IMG/VR virus record: IMGVR_UViG_3300025574_000085
Location: 1 to 61,430 of that record
Source: a virus
Taxonomy: Duplodnaviria; Caudoviricetes
Length of the DNA: 61,430 nt
Direction: 5' to 3' (one strand)
This document shows, one piece after another, positions 18,604 to 27,172 of the stretch (position 1 is the stretch's first letter; every line of letters starts with the position of its first letter). The position numbers were made by a program, and so were the translations under genes. Under the pieces are notes generated by a model that had not been told where the DNA came from, searched no databases, and saw nothing but the letters and a program-made list of their open reading frames with translations.

Positions 18604-18923
18604 TCCGTGGCCCGGGCGGCGGCTTCGATTTTGGCTCGTCGGCGGTCGCCTCGTTCACGATGGATCTTGGCGCAGGTTCGTGGGAGCCGGGTCCTCTGCC
18701 GTGCACCGGGGACCTGGTTGTGCTTGAAGTCCGCAAGCCGGTGACTCCCATTATCTGGCCACCCGGCTGGACTGCATTTTCAGATGGTCGCACCTGCCAC
18801 AAGATCTGGAGCAGCCAGGAGCCCACCTCGGTCACCTTCTACGCCAACGACGCAACCGAGTGGGAAGTCAAGGGCTACGCCTTCGCCGCCGGGTCCTACG
18901 AACTGCCGCCGTCGGCCGGATGA
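18591..18923 (+). CDS. hypothetical protein
   Basis: MAVVIRGPGG...; globular-looking composition. Confidence 0.45.
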   Translation: MAVVIRGPGGGFDFGSSAVASFTMDLGAGSWEPGPLPCTGDLVVLEVRKPVTPIIWPPGWTAFSDGRTCHKIWSSQEPTSVTFYANDATEWEVKGYAFAAGSYELPPSAG

Positions 18924-19171
18924 CGGGATGAGCGAGCAGGACGCCGGGCCTTACCTAGAGGAAGGATCACCCGCCGCGAATCCGCTGGCGCAGCGGCAGG
19001 GGGGCGTGGCTGACCGGCTACATTGCCGCCAGGGCGTCAGCGCTGCGGCCGGAAGGTGTCATCGGCTTCGGTGTGGCCGAAACAGACCAGTACGTGCTCA
19101 TTCTCGACGGGTGTGACGACCTTGAAATCTCCCACTTCATGTTCTGGTTCGATCACCCCGAACTAACGCGC

Positions 19172-19858
19172 CTACTGCCTGACCGGCGTACTCCAGGCCT
19201 TCCCGTCGTAGGCGGTGTGCCAGGCGTTCCCGTCGGTGCCGGTCCCCGCGTACAGCCCGGACGTGCCCTGCTGCCAGATGCCGGGCGGCGCACTGCCGAC
19301 GGTGTAGTCCCCTGGGACAGCCGGGGCGGCCTTCCCGGACACGGCGGCCAGCCAGGCGCCGCTGATCGCGGAGACGTCGTAGTTCCCGGCGTTGCGGAAC
19401 TGCACCCCGATGACCGGGAACGGCCCGCTTCCCCCGAGGACCTGTGCGGTCTCGGCGGCGAGATTGTTGTCCCACCTAGCCAGCCACAGCCCGACCCCGG
19501 CCGTGACGCCCCCGGCGATCAGCGCGTTAACGACGGGCGTCGCGTTTGACGCGCTCATGTAGATCGCCGGTGCCCGCTGCCCGGGCCGCGCCGCCGTCCG
19601 GTAGCTGGACATGGCCGCCTTGGCCCAGCCGGGGCAGTCCGCGAGGGTGGCCGCCCCGGACTCTACGTCTAGGACGTCGGCGCTGTGGTCGCTGGCGCTG
19701 ACGTTCTGGCAGATCCGGACGGCACCCGGGTGGGCGGCCCAGTCGGCGGGCGACCATGGCACGTCACCGCTGCCGGTGCTGTACCCGGCGGCCTGCTGCC
19801 CTCTGGGCAGGGACGGGACGTTGGCGTGGGTGGCGTCGTTGACAATGACAATGGCCAT
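19172..19858 (-). CDS. putative endolysin (GH25-like muramidase)
   Basis: LDVESG, PAIYMS, LWLARWD, GVQF...YDVS resemble the GH25-like barrel. Confidence 0.65.
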   Translation of the reverse strand: MAIVIVNDATHANVPSLPRGQQAAGYSTGSGDVPWSPADWAAHPGAVRICQNVSASDHSADVLDVESGAATLADCPGWAKAAMSSYRTAARPGQRAPAIYMSASNATPVVNALIAGGVTAGVGLWLARWDNNLAAETAQVLGGSGPFPVIGVQFRNAGNYDVSAISGAWLAAVSGKAAPAVPGDYTVGSAPPGIWQQGTSGLYAGTGTDGNAWHTAYDGKAWSTPVRQ

Positions 19859-20076
19859 CAGGCACCCCACGTTCCGGCTGGCCAGACGTCAGGAATTACG
19901 TAGTGGCACTGGCAGTCGCCGTGCTCGCAGCTGCCGTGGCGCTTGCGGGTGCCGTAGAACTCCGCGTCGGAGCACGGCAGGCACAGGCCGTCGAGCGCCG
20001 TGAGCCACGCGGGCCGTTGGCGGGCCGGCTCTGCGGGCGCACCTGCTTCTGTGCCTGACTTGAGATCGGTAGCCAT
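19858..20076 (-). CDS. small Cys/His protein
   Basis: CLPC...HGSC...CQCH. Confidence 0.45.
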   Translation of the reverse strand: MATDLKSGTEAGAPAEPARQRPAWLTALDGLCLPCSDAEFYGTRKRHGSCEHGDCQCHYVIPDVWPAGTWGA

Positions 20077-21029
20077 CAGTTGCTCCTTCCGAACGCGGCG
20101 AGGAACGCCGCGCGGGCCTGCGGTGCGGCGACGAGCCGCCGGGGCAGGTCGTCGGGGTCGGCGACGCCCATCCCCGGGTCCTCCCATAGTGCGTGCATCT
20201 GCGCTCCGGTGTCCTGCATCCACGCGGCCATCTCCTTGATGAGCACCGCATTGTCCCCGCCGCCGCTGTACTGGCCGCCGGAGTTCCACAGCTCCAGCCC
20301 CCACTCGGGGTAGGCGAGCGGCTTGTGATGAGTGAAGGCGAGCTGCAGCCAGCCGGTCAGCCCGTCCCACTGGTCCCGGAGGGTGGCCCAGGTGGCGTGC
20401 TGCTGCGATTCGGTGCGGAGCACTTCCCCGGGCGGATACACCCCGTCGTACAGGTCCAGGCCGATCACGTCGACGAACCCGTCACCAGGGTAAACGGCCT
20501 CGACGCCGGAGGACGGCCCGAAGTTGCCCTGCCCGATGTAGGGGTTCCACATGAACGTGCCCCTGAATCCGGCGGCGCGCATGGTGGTCACGATCCGCGG
20601 ATAGGCGACCAGGTAGCCGGCGGCGGTGCCCGGGGTGACCTTCCACCGGTACCAGGACCCGTTGAACTCCCGCCCGATCCGCAGCACGCAGTCCCCGAGT
20701 CCGGCGGTCACGAGGTTGCGGGCGAGCGCGGCCCAGTGCGCGTCGTTGACCCCGGAGCCTTCCATCGTCCAGCTGGTGCCCACGCAGCACGCGGGGACGG
20801 CCAGCATCAGCTTGCGGGCGCCGAGGATGGGCACCCAGTCCGCGGCGATGTTCCTGCCCGCCGGGCCGTTGGTGGTGCCCTGGAGCGCCCCCGCCTCGAA
20901 CTGGCTCCAGGACGGATCGTCGGCCATGAACGCCAGCACGTAATCGACCTCGCGGCCAATGAACTGCTCGTAGGCGGTGATAGGCGTGATGTCCACCGCC
21001 GCCCCCCGGTACACCCCGATCTGCGTCAC
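20076..21029 (-). CDS. glycoside hydrolase family 26-like protein
   Basis: LRIGREFNGSWY, YPGDGFVDVIGLDLYD, KPLAYPEWG; GTG start at 21029 inferred from AGGAG RBS. Confidence 0.8.
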   Translation of the reverse strand: MTQIGVYRGAAVDITPITAYEQFIGREVDYVLAFMADDPSWSQFEAGALQGTTNGPAGRNIAADWVPILGARKLMLAVPACCVGTSWTMEGSGVNDAHWAALARNLVTAGLGDCVLRIGREFNGSWYRWKVTPGTAAGYLVAYPRIVTTMRAAGFRGTFMWNPYIGQGNFGPSSGVEAVYPGDGFVDVIGLDLYDGVYPPGEVLRTESQQHATWATLRDQWDGLTGWLQLAFTHHKPLAYPEWGLELWNSGGQYSGGGDNAVLIKEMAAWMQDTGAQMHALWEDPGMGVADPDDLPRRLVAAPQARAAFLAAFGRSN

Positions 21030-21160
21030 GTCTCTCCTGTCTCCGGACACAAAAAACCCGGCCCGGGAGAGGTTTTGGGGGGCCATCCCGGCCGGATCGG
21101 ACATGCTTCCCGCGTCTCAGGGTACCGCCGCGGTCTCCTTCTGGGTGAGAGGATGGCGGG

Positions 21161-21370
21161 ATGGACCAGCAGCCTGCCGAAGTGGTGACGCGCACCATGA
21201 CCGGGCCGGAGCTGCGGCGCCGGAAGGCCGAGCTGGAGCGCATCCTGGACGTGCTGACGGAATACACCCTGGACAGCGTGTGCGCAGAGCTGGGCGAGAT
21301 CAGCTACCTGCTTGGCGAGTCTCCTTCTGGCGGCCGATACTGGGGACACGGCGACGCGCGCCGCGGGTGA
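21161..21370 (+). CDS. hypothetical protein
   Basis: 69 aa helical ORF. Confidence 0.45.
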   Translation: MDQQPAEVVTRTMTGPELRRRKAELERILDVLTEYTLDSVCAELGEISYLLGESPSGGRYWGHGDARRG

Positions 21371-21587
21371 GGCACTGGCCGCCGCGGCCGCTGGGCTTGC
21401 GGGTGTGGGCGCCGAGCAGCACCCAGCGCTTCTCCGCCGTCGCCCGCTCGATCCCATCCGCCCGGCCGGCCACAGTGCGCCCGCAGTCCGGGCATACCCC
21501 GTACGTGCCGGGTCCGCGCTTACCCATAGATCCCCACTTTGCCAATGAGAGGATGGCGGCGTTCTCCCATATCCAGCAGAGAAGGTA

Positions 21588-22766
21588 ATGATGACCAGTA
21601 AGACCCGCATCACCCTCACAAGGAGATGGATCTTGTTTCCATTTAAAAGGATGGCCGCTGCGGCGGCCGGTATCGCACTGGCGGGTGGTGCCGCTCTCGC
21701 GGTGGCTGCGCCCGCCGGGGCCGCCACCTACACCGACACGTCGCTTCAGGCCAATACGCCCAGCGGTTACAGCATCAACCCATCGGCCATCACTGGCACC
21801 GTCTCCGGGAAGGTGCTCACGTTTGCCGCCACCGGCAGCGAGACGCTTGCCGCCCCGGCGATCTCCGGGGGCACCGGCGGTGACCTGACTACCGCTGGTT
21901 CCACATCGACGGCGGTCACGCTAACCGGCTCGGCCACGACGGCAACGTCCCCGTACGCGCTGACCTTCAAGATCAGCAGCGGTACCGGGAGCACCGACGT
22001 TGAAACCGTCACGGGGATCACTGAGGTTACGGGCACACCTGGCCCTGCCTCGGCACCTGGCACCATTACCGACGCGATCAGCACGATCACCACGCACAAC
22101 AACAACGTGACCGGGGCCGTCGACTTCGGCATCACCGGCACCACCTCGGCGCTGAACTCGGTCACCGAGGGCAACCTGCCTTCCGGCCTGGTCTCTGGTA
22201 ACCCGCTGGTTCCGGGCACCGCAATCCCCGGCACGTACAACGGCGTGACGGTGGCCGCCACTGACGCGGCCGGGTCTGCACTCTCCGGTCACTTCGGCCT
22301 GAAGGTCAACGCCACCCAGGCGGTCGTGCACAAGAGCTACGGACCAGGCGCGATCAGCAATTTCTACAGCGCCAAGTGCCTGGACACCGCCTACCGCTGG
22401 TTCAACGGCGGCGGCCTAGTGCAGTGGACGTGCGGATCATCCGGCGGTATCAACCAGCAGTTCGAGCTGGTCTATTCGGGCTCGGGCTATGAGCTGCAGG
22501 CCATCGCACCGTCCGGTAAGCCAGCAGGCCCGTGGTGCGTGACCACCGACAAGGTGACCGGCGACCAGCTGACCCTCCAGACCTGCGCAACCGCCGGGAC
22601 CACCCCGCCGGCCGGGCAGGAGATCACCAAGAGCGGCCCGTACTACAAGTTCACCGGCACCGCGCAGGTCATCAATGACCCCGGGTACCAGACGTACAAC
22701 AGCGCCTGGGTGATCGGCTGGCCGCTGGTGCCGGGAGCGGCGAACGAGAAGTACACGTTGCCGTAG
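21588..22766 (+). CDS. secreted Thr/Ser-rich protein with C-terminal ricin-B lectin domain
   Basis: Signal peptide ending AAPAGA; SAKCLD...QWTC...NQQF...C...LQTC; real start may be ~21633. Confidence 0.75.
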   Translation: MMTSKTRITLTRRWILFPFKRMAAAAAGIALAGGAALAVAAPAGAATYTDTSLQANTPSGYSINPSAITGTVSGKVLTFAATGSETLAAPAISGGTGGDLTTAGSTSTAVTLTGSATTATSPYALTFKISSGTGSTDVETVTGITEVTGTPGPASAPGTITDAISTITTHNNNVTGAVDFGITGTTSALNSVTEGNLPSGLVSGNPLVPGTAIPGTYNGVTVAATDAAGSALSGHFGLKVNATQAVVHKSYGPGAISNFYSAKCLDTAYRWFNGGGLVQWTCGSSGGINQQFELVYSGSGYELQAIAPSGKPAGPWCVTTDKVTGDQLTLQTCATAGTTPPAGQEITKSGPYYKFTGTAQVINDPGYQTYNSAWVIGWPLVPGAANEKYTLP

Positions 22767-22873
22767 GGCACCCAGCCGTGATCTGACAGTTCCATGATCG
22801 GCCTGCGCGGTCCGGGCGCTAGCGACTTAGGGGGCGGCCCCCGGCCCGCGCAGGTCCATGACGGCACCGTCAG

Positions 22874-23224
22874 CTACGAGAGAGGCAGCAACGCTGAATA
22901 GCTGGCCAGGATGCTAGCAAACACTTCATTCCTGTCAGGCCGTGCGCACAGCCCGCGAAGGAATCCGCTTACGCGCGGGTCGCTGTCCATCCATTCCCTG
23001 ACCTCCGGCGTGATCCGGGGGTCAAGGGCTTGCAGTTCGGCTAGCGGGAGATCCAGGACGGCGGCGACCCGGGCGAGCACCTCATGGCCGGGCATGCGGT
23101 TGCCTGCCTCGATATCGACAACGAACGCCGGTGCGATGCTGGCGGAGCGGGCGAGACCCCTGAGAGTGAGTCCGGTTTCCTGGCGGCGCTCCTTTATGCG
23201 TTCCCCAAGACTGGCCACGGTCAC
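22874..23224 (-). CDS. XRE-family HTH regulator
   Basis: LGERIKERRQETGLTLRGLA...DIEAGNRMP. Confidence 0.85.
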   Translation of the reverse strand: MTVASLGERIKERRQETGLTLRGLARSASIAPAFVVDIEAGNRMPGHEVLARVAAVLDLPLAELQALDPRITPEVREWMDSDPRVSGFLRGLCARPDRNEVFASILASYSALLPLS

Positions 23225-23252
23225 ATGTTAGCAGACTTGGCGAACACGTGAC
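23219..23252. promoter_or_regulatory. inverted repeat over the XRE gene start (possible auto-operator)
   Basis: GGTCACATGTT...AACACGTGACC. Confidence 0.4.
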
Positions 23253-23272
23253 CGGGGACTGCCGGCCCGGGC

Positions 23273-23743
23273 TTACGAGGGCGTGACGGACGGGCTGGGC
23301 GGCGCGATGCCGGGAGCCGTGCTGTCACCAGGCGACGGCGATAGCGACGGCACCGGCTGGCTGGGTGAAGGGCCCGTGGATGCGGGCAGCACCGGGCCCG
23401 GCTGGCTCACCGATGGGCTGACCGCTGCCGTGACGGGCGGCGGGGCAGGCAGACGGGTGGTGGCTGCGGGGGCGGCAGAATACGGCACCGTCCGCTGCGG
23501 CGCTGCCGCCTGGGCGGGTGCTGCCGTCACAGGCAGCGGCCCGGCGGGCGGCGGCGCGCTGAATGCGCGGACCGGCTGTGGCGGTGTGCTGGTCGCCGAA
23601 GGACGGGCCACCGTTACTGCTGACGGGCGGAGCAGGTACGCGCCGCCGAACACCGCCCCCGCACCCGTCCACAGCGCCGCGATGCACGCCATGCCGTACA
23701 GGAGGCGGAACTGCCAGGTGCTCGCTGCTGGTACTCGATGCAC
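23273..23743 (-). CDS. membrane-anchored Pro-rich protein
   Basis: TM segment followed by a P/S/A-rich tail. Confidence 0.55.
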   Translation of the reverse strand: MHRVPAASTWQFRLLYGMACIAALWTGAGAVFGGAYLLRPSAVTVARPSATSTPPQPVRAFSAPPPAGPLPVTAAPAQAAAPQRTVPYSAAPAATTRLPAPPPVTAAVSPSVSQPGPVLPASTGPSPSQPVPSLSPSPGDSTAPGIAPPSPSVTPS

Positions 23744-23787
23744 CCGCGCCCGCTTCCGTCTCGTGCCGTTCCCGGGACGCGCCCGTG

Positions 23788-23826
23788 ATGCCGCCCGGCC
23801 CCTCGTCCTGAGGGGCCGGGCGGCAT
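23788..23826. terminator. stem-loop, putative terminator
   Basis: Perfect 17-bp stem ATGCCGCCCGGCCCCTC / GAGGGGCCGGGCGGCAT. Confidence 0.65.
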
Positions 23827-23840
23827 TGGAAGCTAACTAG

Positions 23841-24350
23841 TTAGGCACTCTGTCGCCGGATCAGCCCGGCCAGCGAAGCAGGAGTTACGAACCCAGGCCA
23901 CCGCGAGTCCGTGTAGAGATGCACGCCCGCGTCCGCGTAGCACTGGTCGACCAATTGCGAACAAATCATCGACTTGCTGCTGCCGATATAGGCCCGCAGC
24001 CCCGGTGCGGGGATGTGCAGCCGGTGCGCGGCCAGCGCCGCATAGTCGGCGAACGAGTACGGCACCCCCACGTACCCGCGTGCCGCGTCACAGATGGCTT
24101 TCCGCTGCGGGTCGGTCAGCGGGATGACGTCGCTGGACCAGAGGATCTGCGCGTGCGGGGTCAGCGCCGCCTCGGCCGCGCCGCCCGGCTCAGCCTGGAT
24201 GACCCGCCCGGAGCCGATGTAGATGAAGGCATGCTCGAAGTCGCCGAACCCGTCACCGTTCAGCCACTCACCGACCGCGATGGCGCGGCCCACGGGGCCG
24301 CCGACGGAGACGACGGCGAAGTCCCCGGGCTGCGGCGGGATGGTGGTCAC
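23841..24350 (-). CDS. permuted papain-like NlpC/P60 (YiiX-like) protein
   Basis: PGD...HAFIYIG...VGVPYSF...ICSQLV, with His before Cys. Confidence 0.75.
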   Translation of the reverse strand: MTTIPPQPGDFAVVSVGGPVGRAIAVGEWLNGDGFGDFEHAFIYIGSGRVIQAEPGGAAEAALTPHAQILWSSDVIPLTDPQRKAICDAARGYVGVPYSFADYAALAAHRLHIPAPGLRAYIGSSKSMICSQLVDQCYADAGVHLYTDSRWPGFVTPASLAGLIRRQSA

Positions 24351-24661
24351 ACCTGCCTCCAGACGTGGCCTTCATCGAGGTAGCCGTGCCAGCCGTCGTC
24401 GCTAGCCCCGGTCGTGTCCCCGGCCATCAGGTTGCTGATGCTGTTCCTGATCTCCAGCGATCCGTCTGGGCACTCCCGGTAGGTGTGCGGCGGGAAGCAG
24501 ACGTGCTGGACGCTGCGGGCCCGCGGCGGCACGCCCTCATCCCGGGCATTGGGCTTCAGGAAGAACACGGCAGGCAGGTCGCCCGTCCAGCCCTTGGCCG
24601 GGCCGAAGTAGTCGCCCGGCCGCTCAATCTCCGCGAGACTCTGCACGCGCCGCCCGATCAC
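24347..24661 (-). CDS. hypothetical protein (DUF6527-like)
   Basis: [10 protein letters not shown]...GWHGYL..G.W. Confidence 0.5.
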   Translation of the reverse strand: MIGRRVQSLAEIERPGDYFGPAKGWTGDLPAVFFLKPNARDEGVPPRARSVQHVCFPPHTYRECPDGSLEIRNSISNLMAGDTTGASDDGWHGYLDEGHVWRQV

Positions 24662-25203
24662 GTGACCGCCCCGGACTTGGCCTGCACGGTGAGCATGTGC
24701 GTGTGGATCATGTCCACCCGGGCGCGGGCCTCGGCGGCCACGTACGGGTCACGGACGATCGTCAGCTGATTGTCCTGGGTGCCCTCGCCGCCCGCCGACC
24801 AGTTCGTGGAGCCGGTCACCACGTCCAGGCCGTCGATGACGACCAGCTTCATGTGCATGATCGCGCCCTTCTCGCTGCGGCCGATCGCCACCGAATTGCT
24901 GGGGAACGCATCCTTGGCCAGCAGCGCCTTCTCGTGCACGCCGCCTGCCTGGCTGGAGTCGAGGGTGAGCTGCACGAACACCTGCTCGTTGTCAAGCTTC
25001 CCGAGCAGCGCATCGGCGAGCTCGTCATCATCCCATCCGTACATCGCGACCACCGCTGACTTGCTGGCCGACTTGATCATGTCCACGAGCACGCCGTGCA
25101 CGTCGTCGACGGGGCTGTAGAACGTCAGCGCCGAGGGCGGGTAGCCGGTGACGAACGGGACGGCCTTGTGCTTGCTCAGGACGGACAGGTCAGGCAGCGC
25201 CAT
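24658..25203 (-). CDS. phospholipase D-like (single HKD) nuclease/lipase
   Basis: MHMKLVVID...TGSTNWS. Confidence 0.85.
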   Translation of the reverse strand: MALPDLSVLSKHKAVPFVTGYPPSALTFYSPVDDVHGVLVDMIKSASKSAVVAMYGWDDDELADALLGKLDNEQVFVQLTLDSSQAGGVHEKALLAKDAFPSNSVAIGRSEKGAIMHMKLVVIDGLDVVTGSTNWSAGGEGTQDNQLTIVRDPYVAAEARARVDMIHTHMLTVQAKSGAVT

Positions 25204-25333
25204 GGTGGCCCTCCGGTGCGTAGGTGTTGTAGCAGCCGCAGGCGGGACACCACCAGTAGCGGACAGCGGTCTCGGCGGCGAGGGTGAGCCGGAACGGGCA
25301 CAGCCCGCAGGTGATCATCTGCCGCGTCACCGG

Positions 25334-25705
25334 TCAGGCCAGCGGAATCGGGCCCGGGTCGTCTGGTGCGGGCGGCACGGCTGTCGTCGACGGCGTGCGC
25401 ATCGCGGCGGCGAGCTGGCGCTTGATCTCCGCGGCCTCGGCCCCGCTGATCGTTCCCGGCGCCGTGGTAGTTCCCGGGTAGGCCGGCGGCAGTTCCGGCA
25501 GCGCGGCCGGGGGCGCGGGTGTGTTGGGGACGGCGAGCACGCCGAGCGCGACCGCTGCGGCCGTGAACACCTCAACCCAGCGGTTGTTCGCGGCGTAGGT
25601 GGTGTCCGCGAACACCAGGGCGTTGCCGGCCAGGGCGGTAATGAACTTCGCGTACCGGCCGGGCAGGGTCCTGACGGTTGCTGCTGTGGCCACGACGGGC
25701 CTCAT
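25334..25705 (-). CDS. putative holin
   Basis: YAKFITAL...ALGVLAVPN; two hydrophobic segments. Confidence 0.55.
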   Translation of the reverse strand: MRPVVATAATVRTLPGRYAKFITALAGNALVFADTTYAANNRWVEVFTAAAVALGVLAVPNTPAPPAALPELPPAYPGTTTAPGTISGAEAAEIKRQLAAAMRTPSTTAVPPAPDDPGPIPLA

Positions 25706-26307
25706 TTCTTGGTGGCGTACAGGATGATGCTGATCACCGTGGCCAGCACGGCGAGCGCCGCGATCACCTGACTCACGTTGAGACGCTGCTCGCTGCGGCC
25801 CGACGCCGCGCCGCTGTCGGAGCCCTCGCCCCGGTCGATGCGCTCTTTCAGCTCGGTGAGCCGGTCGTCGAAAGCCTTCTGCATCGTGTCGATACGGCTG
25901 CCGATCTGGTCGATCTGCTTGGTCGTGGACTGCTCGGTCTTCTCGGAGGTGGCGGCGTTGGCGTCGTTCTGCTGGGCGACCAGTTCCTTCGCGGCCAGCA
26001 AAGCGGCGTCGAGGGCTTCCTTGGATGCCTTGGCGACGTTCTCGGTGCGGACGTCCCGTTCCCTGAACTGCTGGCTGATTGAGTCGAACCGCTCGGCCAC
26101 CAGCTCGCGGACGTGGGTGATCTCCGTCTGGATGACGGTGGGGGTCCGGTTGACAGTCTCGGACAGCACCACGCTGGCGCGGTCCATCCCGTCCAAACGT
26201 GCCTGAAGGATCTCCCGCAGCGCGGAGACGTCCCGGCGCAGTTCTTCGGTGGTCAGGTAGGCGGGACCGGGGATGCTTCCGTTGCGCGGATCATCACCGG
26301 CCATCAC
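25702..26307 (-). CDS. coiled-coil protein with C-terminal TM (lysis region)
   Basis: Heptad-rich sequence ending in a TM segment. Confidence 0.6.
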   Translation of the reverse strand: MMAGDDPRNGSIPGPAYLTTEELRRDVSALREILQARLDGMDRASVVLSETVNRTPTVIQTEITHVRELVAERFDSISQQFRERDVRTENVAKASKEALDAALLAAKELVAQQNDANAATSEKTEQSTTKQIDQIGSRIDTMQKAFDDRLTELKERIDRGEGSDSGAASGRSEQRLNVSQVIAALAVLATVISIILYATKK

Positions 26308-26451
26308 GCCCGCTCTCCAGTAACACCATCCCCAGGCATACGCCCAGTTTAGTTACGCCAGATTACAATTCAGGTGCCACAGGGCCGGTCACGCCTTCGC
26401 GACCGGGGTGAGCGCGGGTACGGGGTGATCGTCAGGGTCTGGGCCCGCAAA

Positions 26452-26898
26452 TTACCATTGCGAAGAATCTGCACTGATCGACCCGATAGCGAACTGGACC
26501 GTGTCCCCGTTGACGACGCCGGTGATGCTGGTGATGCTGCCCTGCAGCCAGCGGAGCGGGGTGCCTGCACTGTCCCAGATTTCGATGCCGACGACGGTCG
26601 CCCAGGTGCCGGTCGCGGCCCAGGACACGAGGTTGCTGTTGGTGGCGACCCCGGCGGTGGGGGCACCGAACGCGGATGAGCCCATCGACGCGCCGAGCGC
26701 GGTGTACCCGCCGGTGGTGGTGAGCTCGGTGCCGGTCGCGGTGTTGATCGGTGACCCGTTCGCGGACATGAGCCGCAGCTTGTACGGGGGGGTGAGGACC
26801 AGCGCGGACCCGCCGCCGGTGCCAGGGGTGAACGTCGCTGTCGCTGAGGCGGTGAAAATGGCCTGGAGCAGCCAGCTGACCCGGGCCCGTTCGGTCAT
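26452..26898 (-). CDS. tail fibre-associated structural protein
   Basis: KLRLM...GTEL..GGY...ATGTWATV...IWDS...NGDTVQF; paralog of 46111-46554. Confidence 0.65.
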   Translation of the reverse strand: MTERARVSWLLQAIFTASATATFTPGTGGGSALVLTPPYKLRLMSANGSPINTATGTELTTTGGYTALGASMGSSAFGAPTAGVATNSNLVSWAATGTWATVVGIEIWDSAGTPLRWLQGSITSITGVVNGDTVQFAIGSISADSSQW

Positions 26899-26908
26899 GT
26901 TAGCGATG

Positions 26909-27157
26909 TCAGCCTCCGAGGATGAGGTTGGCGTTGGCGTGGTGGACGACCGGCCGGCACACCTTGCAGCCGTCGGGGCGTGGCCCGGACTGGGGGCCCT
27001 GCCAGCATTCGTGGCTGTCGTCGAGGGCGCATTCGGCGTTGCCGTCGGCGTGATGGTGGTCGATGGTGCAGCACTGGCACCAGGTCAGGGTGTGCGGGTC
27101 GGTGCCGGGGTCGACGTTGATCGACGCCAGGCACTGCTTGCAAGAGATGAGCGGCAA
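26909..27157 (-). CDS. Cys/His-rich small protein
   Basis: CKQC...CQCC..DHHH...CKVC. Confidence 0.55.
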   Translation of the reverse strand: MPLISCKQCLASINVDPGTDPHTLTWCQCCTIDHHHADGNAECALDDSHECWQGPQSGPRPDGCKVCRPVVHHANANLILGG

Positions 27158-27172
27158 GGGGTTCTCCGTGGT

